A stretch of 64,000 bases of DNA from Guillardia theta CCMP2712 (GCF_000315625.1 NW_005434621.1:201398-265397), one strand, 5' to 3'. Counted from the stretch's first letter, positions 36,901 to 52,217 are shown. The notes: a model not told the origin generated them from the letters alone. Program-made: numbers and translations.

Positions 36901-39900
36901 GAACAAGACACCATCGTCGGGGAAATGCGTCCAATCGCAAAGAAAGAGGCAGGAAAGGGTTTCGTGGACTCAGCCGACAACCTTTGGAAGTATTTCCGAG
37001 ATAGGGCGAGAAACAATCTGCACGTGGTCTTGTGCATGTCTCCGGTGGGAGATTTGCTTTCAAGTCGCTGCAGGAAATTCCCTGGGCTTATCAACTGCAC
37101 GACTGTCGATTGGTTCCTTGCATGGCCGGAACAAGGATTGAGAGATGTGTCAGAGTCGCTCATCGGCAGGTTCGACATGGCGTCCACAGCTGAAGTGAAA
37201 GCTGCTGTCATCAATCACATGGGAACGGTTCATAAGATAGTTCAAGATGCAACTCTTGAATACTTCCAGAAGTTTCGAAGGAATGTGTATGTCACCCCTA
37301 AATCTTACTTGTCATTCATCAAGAGCTACACAGACGTCTACAAACGAGAGAAAGACAAGGTAGACGTGTTGAAAATCAAGATCGACAATGGTCTTGAGAA
37401 GCTCTTCCAAGCACAAGATGATGTCAAGAAAATGAAAGTGGAATTGGCGGCCGCTGAGGTTGTTCTGGCAGACTCTGTAAAGAAGTCATCAGAGCTCATG
37501 AAGGAGATTTCAGTAGCCACGCAGGCAGCAGAAAAGGTTAAATCCTCTGCCAAGGAGATTGCAGATGCTGCCAATGAGAAAGCTACAACGATTGGAGCTG
37601 AGAAGGCTGAGGTCGAACGAGATCTCGAAGCGGCAAAGCCGGCCTTGCTTGAGGCAGAAGACGCCTTGAAGGCAATCAAACCTGACGACATCAAGAACCT
37701 CAAGAGCTTGAAGAACCCGCCTGTTGTCATCAAGATCATCTTCGATGGCGTGTTGATCCTTAGACGCAGACAGATGGGAGTGAACTGCTACAAGGATAAC
37801 TATTCGGAAGCCTCCAAGATGATGAACGAATCATCCTTCCTCGCAGATCTGCAGAACTTCCCCAAAGAAAGCATCACTGACGAAGATTGTGAGCTCCTCG
37901 CACCGTATATCCACCATCAGCTCTTCACAGAGGAGATGGCGGCAAAGGCTTCTGGCCTTGCTGTAGGTCTTTGCAAGTGGGTGAAAGCGATGGAGACGTA
38001 TCACATGATCGCCAAGGTTGTGATACCCAAGATGGATGCGCTGAGGCTCAAGGAGGCTGAGTTGGCCACTGCTATGAAGAAGCTGGCAGCTGCAGAGGCT
38101 GAGCTGGAGAAAGCTCAGAGCGAGACAGACAAGCTGCAACAGAAGTTCGATGAAGCCATGTCAGAGAAGCAACGGCTGCAGGAAGAGGCTGATACCACCA
38201 AGAGAAAGATGGATGCTGCTACTCAGCTCCTCAACGGCTTGGCCGGAGAACGAGACCGATGGACTCAGCAGTCTGCTGATTTTGCAGATCAGATAGCAAG
38301 GTTGGCTGGTGACAGCGCCATCGCCTGTGGGTTCATGTCGTACACGGGGCCTTTCAACAAGACCTTCCGAGATCTTCTCTTGGGCACGCTCTTCCTCGAA
38401 GACATCATGTCCAAGAACATCCCTGTGACGAAGAACCTCTCTGTTACCACCATGCTCACAGATGAAGCCACAACTGGCCAGTGGAATCTCCAGGGACTCC
38501 CTACCGATGATCTGTCGATCCAGAATGGTATCCTGACCACCACGGCTTCGAGATATCCTCTCATGGTGGATCCCCAAGGTCAGGGCTTGACTTGGATCAA
38601 GAACAAAGAATCGAGCAACGATTGTAAAGAAACTAGCTTCGTCGACAAGATGTTCAGGACACATCTCGAAGACTGCATGTCCTACGGCAAGCCTCTTCTG
38701 CTCGCGAATGTCGAAGAAGAACTGGATCCAGTTCTAGATCCCGTTCTCGACAAGGCATTCCAAAGGAAAGGCAAGGGATACATCGTGGCTCTAGCCGACA
38801 AAGAATGCGATGTCGAACCGGAAAAGTTCAAACTGTACGTGACCACCAGGCTTGCGAACCCTCACTTCACTCCCGAGTTGTCTGCAAAGGTGACGGTCAT
38901 CGATTTCACTGTTACGATGAAGGGGCTCGAAGACCAGCTGCTAGATCGTGTCGTTCAGTTCGAGAAACCTGAGCTGCAGACAGAGCGAACAAAGTTAAAG
39001 ACGGAAGTGAATGATTACAAGGCTAAGATCATGGAGCTTCAAGATGACCTGCTTTATCGTCTAGCAAACTGCGAGGGATCCTTGTTGAACGACGAGGACA
39101 TCATTGACGTGCTCAACATCACCAAGAAGACTTCTGCGGAAGTGACGGAGAAGTTGAAGAACGCGGGCGAGGCTGAAGAAAGGATCCGCGCAGCTTGTGA
39201 GGAGTATCGTCCCATCGCTGCCCGGGGATCAATCATCTACTTCTTGATCGCAGAGATGAGCGTTGTGAACCCCATGTACAACACGTCTCTCGCTCAGTTC
39301 ATCCAGGTGTTCCAGCTCTCCATGGTCCAGTCAGAGAAGGCTGCCATCCCAGCCAAGAGGATCACCAACGTGGTGGAGGAGTTGACGTTCCGAACCTTCC
39401 TGTACGTCTGCAGAGGCTACATGGAGATCCACAAGAAGATCTACACGCTGCTCCTTGCGCTGAAGCTGCAGCTGCAGGCCGAGCTCATCAACCAGGATCA
39501 CTTCTCCTGCTTCGTGAAGGGCGGAGCGGCCCTCGACATCAACGCCGTGAAGAAGAAGCCCAAGGAGTGGATCCCCGACCAGGTCTGGCTCAACATCATC
39601 CAGCTGAGCATGTCGATCCCATTGTTCAAGGAGCTCGCTGACATTGTGACTCGCAACGAGAGCCTGTGGAAGCAGTGGTACGACCAGGAGGCCCCCGAGG
39701 CCGTCCCTGTCCCCGACATCGACGACCGACTCGACAAAGTGAACAAGATGCTGCTAGTGCGAAGCATCCGAACCGACCGAACGATGATCAGTGCTGAAGA
39801 GTACATAGAAGAGGCGATCGGGAAGAAGTTCACCGACACTTACCCCCTCAATCTCGAGCAGACCCATCAGGATATCTGCGAGCTCGTGGACAGCCCAGAG

Positions 39901-41688
39901 CGCGTTCCCGTCATCTTCGTCTTGACTCCCGGGTCCGATCCGACTGAGCTTGTGATCGCGCTGGCCAAGAAGAAGAAGAAGGAGGTGCTCTCGGTCTCCA
40001 TGGGCCAGGGTCAGGAGATCGTTGCCCGACGATACATCGAGCAGTGTGTGGCCAACGGTGGTTGGGTGCTGCTGCAGAACACCCACTTGGGGCTCAAGTA
40101 CCTGGTGGAGCTCGAGCAGACCATCGGCAAGCTCGAGGAGATCGAGTCTGAGTTCAGGGTGTGGATCACAGCAGAACCTCACAACGGCATCCCCATCGGC
40201 CTCCTCCAGATGTCCATCAAGATCACCAACGAAGCTCCTGTCGGCATGCGCGCAGGCATGAAGAGGTCGTACGCCTGGATCACCCAAGACACCCTGGATG
40301 CTGTTCCTCGCATCGAGTGGCGAACGCTGCTCTGGGTCCTGTGTCACCTACACAGCGTGGTGCAGGAGAGGAGGAAGTTTGGAGCCATCGGCTGGACGGT
40401 CCCTTATGAGTTCAACCAGTCTGACCTGAGCGCCTGCACCAACTTCCTGCAGAATCATATCCTGGACATGGACGCTAAGAAAGCCAAGGAGGTGACATGG
40501 TCCACAGTCCGGTACATGATCGCTGAGATCCAGTACGGAGGAAGGATCACCGATGACTGGGATAGGAGGCAGATGAACACTTTTGCTGAGAAGTTCTTCT
40601 GCAACGCCGTGCTCGAGCCCAACTACAGCTTCCTCAAGGGCTACACCATCCCGCAGGGGACGGACATTAACTTGTTTCGGGAGCACGTTAACTCCTACCC
40701 GGCGACTGACAGCCCTGAGGTGTTCGGTCTCAACATGAACGCCGATCTTGTCTTCAGAGTCGACAACGCCGAGAAGGTGTTTGCAACTATCCTTGAGACA
40801 CAACCCAAGGGCGGCGGCGGTGGCAGTGGCAAGTCGAGGGAGGAGGTTGTGACCGAGCTGTGCAAAGACCTTCTCTCCAAGTTGCCGGCTAACTTCAACA
40901 TGAACGAGATCAAGTCCTCGTTGAAGAAGGCCGGGGAAAGCAAGCCCGTCAACATCTCCCTTCGGCAGGAGATCGACGTGTTGCAGAAGGTGATGACAGT
41001 CGTCCGCAGCACTCTCAATAACTTGCAGCTTGCGATCGACGGCACCATCGTTATGTCGGACGACCTTGCCTCTGCTCTCGACTCGCTCTCCAACGCCAAG
41101 GTTCCCCCCACGTGGCTGCGAGGCGCCTGGTTCTCCCCTACCGTCGGCATTTGGTTTCAGAGCCTGATCAACCGCTTCGAGCAGTGGGATAGGTGGATCA
41201 AGGGCGGCCGACCCAAATCCTACTGGCTTCCCGGCTTCACCAACGGCCCAGGTTTCCTGACGGCCTGCCGCCAGGAAGTGACCCGATCGCATTCGGGCTG
41301 GGCCCTCGATGACGTGGCAGTGTTCACCGAGGTGACCAAGCACGACCCTGAGGACGTGAAGGAGTCGCCATCGGAGGGAGTCTACATCCATGGAATGTAC
41401 CTCGACGGGTGCGGATGGAGCAAGAAGGAGAGCAAACTGGTAGAGGCTCCTCCTAAGATCCTCTTCATCCCGCTGCCTTGCATGTGGGTCACTGCCGTAC
41501 AAAAGGCGAACAAGAAGGTTGACTACATGGTCTACGAGTGCCCCGTGTATGAGCGGAAAGATCCAAGGAAGCGCGGCATGACGGCTGCTCAGCCCAACTT
41601 CGTGTTCGCTCCTGAGATCAGGACTGAGGACCCACCGTCCAAGTGGATTCTTCGCGGAGTTGCGCTCCTGACGTACTACGGAGAGTAA
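27976..41688 (+). CDS. Axonemal outer-arm dynein heavy chain, gamma type (DNAH5/DNAH8/Chlamydomonas ODA2-like)
   Basis: 4251-aa ORF plus short 5' exons. P-loops GPAGTGKT (AAA1), GPTGAGKT, GGPGVSKT and GVGGSGKQ; motifs CFDEFNR and [20 protein letters not shown]; C-terminal KWILRGVALL. Tail motifs (ITDALNEAKDNVKYL, PPVAGNLIWARQL) fit the gamma/DNAH5 class. Confidence 0.96.
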
Positions 41689-41897
41689 GGGGACGATGGA
41701 GGAGAAGAAAGACGATAATGGGATAACATGTGTAGAGGATTGATTTGAATAAATGAAGTTTATCTTCCCTTGTCCTGTGAACATTCCATGTGAACAACAT
41801 CCAATCATCTCGCCGCTCTCGCCTCTTGCTTTCAACCTCTCTAGTAGGGTAACAGCCAGTGACCGTGCACTCGCTCCTAGTCGACGTGACTGCCTCG

Positions 41898-44303
<2,406 letters not shown>

Positions 44304-44369
44304 GGTCGCCACAATCGCATTGGTCGCAATCCCAACAAATTGTTTACTCAACACTAGTTCCAAACAAGC

Positions 44370-45090
44370 CCTGACTACCCCTCTAAACTTGACCTACCCC
44401 CATGGAACACATCACTGTACCCCTCAAATACTATATGTATACCAGTCCCCAAAAGGGTCCTCGTAACACCCTACCCTACTCTTTCAACCACTACACCTAC
44501 CTACCTATCATTCCGGTCTCGCCACCCGCCCCCTCAAAGGTTGCAACAAGTCAATTTTAAGATGTGAATTTGTACCATAAAGTGATTTATATTATTATTG
44601 TTTCTATAAATAAACTAAATTATTTTATTCATAAAAGTATATTGTATACAAGTGTGGAAGATGGACGACCAGTGTGGATCCTTCAATAAAAATGTCATGA
44701 TTTCCCAAAATTTGGTGTTTAAATTTTAAATTCTCAAAATTAATCTATTTATTTGAAATTACATAATATAGTTTTTGACTTGTGTCTTTGTCAACGTTCT
44801 TGCGGTAAAAATCCTCTCAAGAATTCCAGAACTCGAAGTAGGGTCCCATCAGGATTCCTTGATGAAGGGGGGTGGGGGTCCAGATCCAAAGCATGCGGGT
44901 GGGGGGTGATAGGTTATTGAAAGGGGTAGGGTACTGTGGCTATCCAAGGTGGGGTTATCTTGTAGAAAGTGGGGTGGATTTCAAGGAAGAAACAGGGGAA
45001 AGACACTGATCGTTTCCAGATGGGGTGGAAACTGCAGGGGTGGGGGTCAAGACAGGTGGGGTAGAAGTCTGGGTGGGTGGTCAAGTCGCG
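44370..45090. promoter_or_regulatory. Putative bidirectional promoter: AT-rich core flanked by TACCC-rich and GGGTA-rich blocks
   Basis: Lies between the divergent PAK and LUC7 starts. Similar motif-rich blocks occur in the other head-to-head intergenic regions. Confidence 0.45.
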
Positions 45091-45098
45091 GCGCGGCG

Positions 45099-47452
45099 AT
45101 GTCGAAGTCTGCGAAAGATGCGCTGGCGGCACAGCTGGACGCGCTGATGGGGAAGGAGCGAGATGTGCCGGTAGAGAAGGTGAGAGAACAGAGACCCTCC
45201 ATGCTCTCTCCTCCATGTCCCGATCCTCTCCTGTTGGACTGTCCAGCAGGCAGAGTGAGCATGTCTCGTAGCTGGTTTGGGTGTACCCTCGAACCTGGGA
45301 AGGAAGGGCAGTCACTTAGGATTTTGCTGTGCTGTTGAACACTCAGCGATAATGTTGATCATGGATGGCTGAGTAGCCTGCCTTGCATGATCAAGTGATG
45401 AGTGTGCGAAGGCAGAAAGCTGTATACACAGGCTTCCGAGCACTTGGGAAGTTGGTCCATAGGAATCAATGATCTGTGTTGCTCTGGAGAAGATCTTTAT
45501 TATCGCACCCTTCACCTCCACAGCTATTTCATCTCCTTACTCATCGTCTTCCGCCAGCGCACGAACAGGAGAATAAACTTCTGGGACGATGACGTGGACA
45601 AGTATTGGATTTGCGGCTGTTCCCCGCATTTGATCCTCAGGGTTGGATGCACCACTCAGCGAACCATGTTTGCTGATATGATGTCTGCAGAACTCTCGTT
45701 CTGATCTCGGAGTGTGGGACAAAGTGCAAGTACATAGAGTAGAGATGGGGAGCTCGAGTTTGACGAGATGAGTCTAGGATGAGGACGCCAAAGCTGCCTG
45801 GGACGTGTTGCCTCAAGAGGAGAAGGATAAATATGGATACGAGTACGAACTGATGCGGTGATAATGCTGGTTTGATCCTCGATACCATGCGCTCAATTGC
45901 ACGACAGGTTCCTAGAGCAACTTGTTGCCGATTTGGACAAGTCAATCAGAAGGTGTGATTTCTCTCAGTATGACAACACAACTGAAGCTTGTTGTTTTCT
46001 GTGTTAGACACCAAGAGAAACTCAAACAGGTAAATAGTGACGATGGATTCAATCCTCACCTCTAAGTTCTGGATTATTGCTGATGGAGCTTACATTGCCT
46101 TGATAATCTGGGGTGAGTTGTAATCGTCGTTCAGGAACAATCTGGCAAGAAGTTCAACCTTAGCAAGGAGACGCAAGCTCAGGTACTAAAGGATCTTCTT
46201 CCTGTGCTGCGCTCTAGTCTGATCAAGACGTCCGCCAAGGTTGATGCCCTCGCCCAGCAAATCAAGGAGTTGCACCAGAAGGCGCAGGTTGACTAATTGA
46301 AGGCATGTCGCGTCGAAGCATGACGACTGACTCGCTTGCTTTCTTGCTCGTTCAGGCGCTTGGTGATGAAGGAGAAGTAGATGGAAGTTTGAAGGCAATG
46401 GGGGTGAGCCAGATCATTTTTCTCCTTCCACACTACGGCCTTGTCACTCATTTCGTGTTGGTGAACTAGGAAGTGGAAGAGCTTACCAAGCAGAAGGAGA
46501 CTCTTGAAAATCCAATATTTCCTGGCAAAGAGAAGGTGATTGCAAATTTTTTCGCCAGGGTAAAGGAAAGTGAGTCTGGTCTAGGTTATGGAAGTGTGCG
46601 AGATTTGCTGCAACTTTATGGCCAATACGGACAGTGAAGTGAGCAACAGTATCCTTTGACGTCAAGCTTGTCATGATTCGCATGTATAGGTTCGCAAGGC
46701 GGAGCATCTTGCTGGAAAGCAACATCAGGCAAAGTCAAGTACATGCAGTATGCTTGTCTGACATGCAAGAAGGGTTGGGCTCAAATCAGGGAAAAGCTCA
46801 AGGAGCTGAGGGTATATGTGTTCAACATGTTTTGTCAGACTCTAAATACTCTTTTGTAGGCGATGCATGATGGAAAGGGGCCGCCGCCGCCTCCTCCGAA
46901 GAGGAAGGAAAGGGTGAGGCTATTGATGCGAGCCAACACGTGTTGTGAAAGATTTCTGGTTGAAGGAGAGGGACAATGACAGAGACCGCCGAGATCGGTA
47001 ACTTACCTCTTATAAAACGATAGATCCTCTTACTCTCCCTGCTCAGTTCGCGCGAGCGCGGCAAAGACAGGTTTGAGGCGGTTCCTCTTACAGGAGGGAA
47101 TTGACGAGAGTGAAGGTCTCGCGAGCGAGATAGGCACCGGGACTATCGGGACCGGTTTGTCTGCTTTTCTCTATCTTCCACCTTAACTGGTCTGCAGGGA
47201 CCGACGGGATGATCGCAGAGACCGATACAGGTGGCTGACAAGATCGATGAGCGACTCTCCTCATGCCGACTACAGGGACTATGACCGTGACCGGGACAGG
47301 AACAGGGACAGATCGAGAGAGAGGGACGGGTCTAGGGAGCGGGATCGTTCTAAGGAAAGGGACAGGTGGGTCCAGGCTGATGACAAGGTGCATGGAAGGA
47401 GCTGATGAATGTGACCAGGCACAAGGATCGCGACTACAGAGACTCTAGGTAG
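45099..47452 (+). CDS. LUC7: LUC7-like U1 snRNP protein with RD/RS-rich tail
   Basis: AQLDALMGKERD, RSDLG, KYGYEYELMR|FLEQLVADLD, ALGDEGEVD, ZnF2 MEVCEIC...RKAEHLAGKQHQ|GWAQIREKL, and an Arg/Asp-rich C-terminus. Confidence 0.9.
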
Positions 47453-47585
47453 AAATGGAGAAGTCGGTTGCGAATCGAAATTTGGTCGGCGGACTCAGAA
47501 CTGAACTTGTAGACTCTCTGAACTTGTCAGATTGTCCTACTTGCGATAATGAAGGCTTGAATGGGTATCGTGGAGCAGCATCTCA

Positions 47586-49021
47586 TCACATGCCTGTACT
47601 CGTTACGTCTCGCAATTCTTTTAGGCAGCTGCCTGCATCTCTTCCTCCAGCTTCTTGTCCAGATCCCACACGCCGTGTCCAGTTCCTGCGATCCCCAACT
47701 GTTACTCGCGATCAACCCTCATGTCCTGTCCTCTCACCGACACGCTTGATCTGAGCGACGTACTCCGCCATTGTCTTGATCGCTCGCACCTGCAAGTCAC
47801 AATCAGACCTTCGATCTGGGCGAGCCACGAGAGACTTTGCACGGTCTAGTCTCATCCTGCTGTAGAGCAAGCAAGAGAGGGATAGAAGAGCGAGAATCAT
47901 TGATATGGTGAGGTTTCCATGCAAGAAATTTACCTGATCCCCGAGATAGTTTTCGATCTCGTCGCAGAACTGACTGTAAGAACGACAGATCAAGGCAGAT
48001 AGACAAGGGATGAAAAAGCAGAAATAGAACATGTGAAGGGATATAAAACATGTGAAGATGATCGCATGACAGAACTTTGAGAGACTTACGGATCCTCGCA
48101 CTCCGCACCAAGTGCGTGCAGATCAAGCAATTTCCGATAAACAAACTTCTCAAGCTGCCAATCCATGTAAGTCGATCAACACGAGTAGCGAGTAGTGCAG
48201 TACCATCAAAGCAAGCTCGAACGCATAGAGAGCATCCGATGTTCCGTCGACTCTGCTAAACTGCATGTCTGGGACAGCCAGCTGGCAAATTTTCGTCAGT
48301 TGTCATCAACACCACGTCGATGACAGACCGGCTTGAGAACAACTTTCCCACCACGAGTGTTCTGGTACCTGACAACAGATGAGCGCAGACGCGGGCACAG
48401 AGATAGCACATTACTTCATGAACTGCTCAGCGTGTCCCCTTTCCTCCTGCGATTGGTCCGCAAAGAATTTGGCAAATCCTGCCCTTGCGTCAGGGAAGAA
48501 GGCCTTGCATTGCGCCGCAACCTTTGAGTGCTACGGTATCGCGATCGAAGTAAGAGAAGAGAGCATGGTAGGCATACGAAGCTGTGTACTCGACGTTGAT
48601 ATGGTCATTGAGCGCCTATTTTGCCCAAAGGTCAGCTTGACTGCAAGCACAGGGAACCAACAACCACACCTGCTCAAGCTTGATGTCCCAGTTCACACGG
48701 CACCTGCTCTCTGGTTCGGTCTCACCCTCCTCGGGTTGAAAGACAAGACTGCGCATCTGCGCGCAGGCTCCATCATGTTGAGCCAGTCCGAGGGGCAACT
48801 CTCACCTGATTCTCTGCATCCGAGAAGCCAACCTTGCCGAAGTCGATGACCTGGTCGGGCTGCTCCTTCGCCGCCCTGATGCGAACTGCAGCCGGACCAG
48901 CACGTGCGAGGCTCCGCATGTTGCTTCTCGATCTCAGGAGAGCAGTAGAAGGAGCAAAGGCATCAGCCAAAGAGGCCATCGCAGCGATGGAAGCGCAGAT
49001 ATACGGGAGCTTGATCCACAT
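47586..49021 (-). CDS. FTN: Ferritin with a bipartite plastid-targeting presequence
   Basis: Leader [24 protein letters not shown] plus an Arg/Ser-rich transit peptide. Ferritin motifs [83 protein letters not shown]. Confidence 0.92.
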
Positions 49022-50404
49022 GTCTGATGAACGAAGCAGTCAGGGCTCAAAGGGCTCAAAACGTATCTGTCGATTGATGGACAACAACCGCACAATCACT
49101 GGTTCAAAACATTGGGGCGGGGCCATCTAAATGCTCAGAAATGCAGGCTAGGTTTGGCCCTTCCAGAAGAAAACATGTCACAGTCAAACCACACATCACA
49201 GAGTCCAGAACATGCATCGAGATTACAAGATCGGAGAGCAAAAGAGATGTTGTCGATGTGAAATCAACGAGCGCTCGGTTGCATCACAGGAGTCTTTCCT
49301 GAGAGAGCGTGAGGTCGCGAGGGTGGAAATGACGAGAGAAAGGAGTAGAAACGATCGTAAGCATGAAAACACAGCACACGAAGACATGTAACACTCATTA
49401 TCAGCTTCAGTTGATGAGGAGAACAGAGAGGGCAGAGATGTGGGGAGAACATGTAGTTGGGGTATGACAAACTAATTGGGAATATGATCTTTGGAGGGAG
49501 CCACGGATAAGATTGAGGTTGAGGATCACTGCGTTGAATGTTGGGGAGTGAGGATTCAGAGTAAATCTGCATGAGAAGGAGAGGAGGAGGGAAGGAGGAG
49601 GTGGCATCGTCATATGGGGAAGCAACTGCATGGGCTGCTTGTGGCCCTCAAAGCCATGCGGAAGGCGAGGAGGGGTTGCGGTACTGTTGCAGTTGACAGC
49701 GGGGGTGGGTCAAGGTAACCGGTACATGCGAGCTCTAAATAACGGGTACTGTGTTTCAATAGACTCGTTCTGGGGTGGTAGGGTAGTTGATGAAACATCA
49801 TTTGATATGGTAGGGTAGTGGTAGAATTGTGGGGGTGGTATGATGAAAGAACCAGGTACTTTTCCTAGAGAAAAGCGTTTCTAAGTAGGGGTACTTGAGG
49901 ACTTCCAGGGTAGTTCAAGATTGAAGGCGTGGGGGTAGTCGAATTTGTATGGGTAGGTGGCGTCCAAGCAACACGCAAAGAGAGAAATAGGGGGGGTGGT
50001 AGACTTAAAATTGGTTTTTCATCCATGAATACAGGAAATTGTACTGTAGTCTCAAAAAGTGTTTTTATTTACTGGAGGATAATCTAAAAATAAGTTATCA
50101 ATATTTATAATATAAATAAATGTAATATGCTTTTTGTGCTTTGTAACGATGAAACGCACTTGTAACCACTATGTAACGCAGGTAGCACCCTCCACTACCC
50201 ACCCCCTTGAACATAGGTGCTCCACTTGCACCTACCCTCGACACTCATGTTTTCATATACCCCTAACTTGTACTGTTGAGTACCCACCCTATGTAGAGTT
50301 TTGTGTTATACCCTCTGAGGCCCCCACCCAACAGTTCACCCCACCCCTTGATTCCTTACCACCCCACCACCCCTACTACGCTTGCGTCCCTCGGATCCTC
50401 TGCA

Positions 50405-52217
50405 ATGCGTGCCTTCCTGCTACTGGCGGCGGTTCAAGCGGTAGAACATGAATCCAGCCCCTCTACCCCTCTCCTCTCTCCTCCCTCTACCCCTCTCCTC
50501 CTCCTCCCTCTACCCCTCTCCTCTCTCTTCCTCCTCCCTCTACCCCTCTCTTCCTCCCTCTACCCCTCTCCTCTCCTCCTCCCTCTACCCCTCTCCTCTC
50601 TCTTCCTCCTCCCTCTACCCCTCTCCTCTCTCTCTACCCTCCCCCTCTTTCCTCCTCCCTCTACCCCTCTCCTCTCTCTCTACCCCTCTCCTCTCTCTCC
50701 TCCCTCTACTCCGCTCCTCTCTCCTCCCTCTACCCCTCTCTCCTCCTCCTATTCTCAGCTCTCCCTTAACCCCCTCGACTTTGACCTTCTCACTACTCTT
50801 CACCATAAATGTTTCCCTCTCCATGTCTATTCTATAACGTAACATCCGCTGTTTTGCTCTGTTGAAAACAAACCACGCCCCCTCTTCTCGGGCTAGTCTC
50901 TCCTCTGTCATCTTGCTTGATTTCGACGTCATATACCTGCAATGCCTCCTCCTCCTCCGCTTTCTTCTTCCATTCTCGATTTGGACTTCCATTTTTTACA
51001 CGGTTCCTTGCGCCCATTCTTCGCCTCCTACCTCTTCTCCTTCGGGGTTTGAAGTCTATTCAGTTTGCTGAGGCCGTGCATACGGCTCAAACCCTGCTCT
51101 CTCGTGGTTGTTTCTTCATTCTCCTCGTGCTTCTCGTGTTGTCTGTGATGGTATCCAACAAACCTCTTGCAGCGTGTTTGTCCTGGCTTGAGTCCTCTTC
51201 TTTGACCAGCAAACTTGCAGGTTGCTGCATCAAGCTTCTCGCTGGTGCCTTCCTCCCTCCAGAATGATCGATTGGCGAGGTTTTGTTGACCAACGAGTGG
51301 CTCCTACTCTTCTGACCCTGCATGCGCCCAGGGCTTCGTTGCAGTCTGCCTTCGCCTCTAGTTCCCCTCTGCGCCTCCGTGGAGGAGGACCGAGACCGAA
51401 GGTTAGCGTCCTCAATGATCTCCCAGTATCCTTTCTGACATTCCCCGAGGTCTTCTTTGACATCACCATCGGCGGCAAGTCGGAAGGCAGGATTGTGATG
51501 GAACTCTTCGCGGATGTAGTGGTGAGTGGACTGCTGCAGTGCTCAGCACTACTGATGAGTTGTGATCTCGAACAGCCGAAGACTGCTGAGAACTTCCGCT
51601 CCCTGTGTACCGGAGAGAAAGGAATGGGCAAGCTTGGCAAGGCTCTTCACTACAAGGGGAGCAAGTTCCACCGAGTGATCTCCGGTTTCATGTGCCAGGT
51701 GCTCAGACCATCCGAGGTCAACGGCGTCGTGGTTGTTGCTGACGACATTTAGGGTGGAGACTTCACCAGAGGCGACGGACGTGGAGGAGAGTCGATCTAT
51801 GGTGAGAAGTTCGCCGACGAGAACCTCAACCACAAGTTCAAGCACTCTGGTACTTTACTGCACCCGATAGCTCTTCTTTGAGTCAAGCCTTTTTTTTTAG
51901 GCCCGGGCATTCTCTCCATGGCCAACGCTGGGCCCGACACCAACGGATCGCAGTTCTTCATCACCACCGTGCCAACCCCTCACCTGGACGGACGTCATTG
52001 CGTGTTCGGCAAGGTTCGAAGAGCTACGGCCGATTCGCTTCTGTGGGTGAACTCGGAGCAGGTTGTGGACGGCATGGACGTCGTTTCCAAGATCGAGTCG
52101 AACCCCACCAGCCGAGGAGATGCCCCGGTACTCGTTGTTGAAGCCTGTCGGGTGTGATCTGAAAGCTTCGCACAGGTCAAGGAGGTTGTGATTGCTGACT
52201 GCGGACAGATCGAGTAG
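50405..52217 (+). CDS. Cyclophilin-type peptidyl-prolyl isomerase with N-terminal targeting presequence
   Basis: [36 protein letters not shown]|[39 protein letters not shown]. Stop at 52215-52217. First exon [12 protein letters not shown] (50405-50440) inferred to splice in phase 0 to 51345. Confidence 0.92.
50455..50760. repeat. Pyrimidine-rich intronic minisatellite (CCTCCCTCTACCCCTCT-like units)
   Basis: Repeated units visible directly. Confidence 0.85.
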
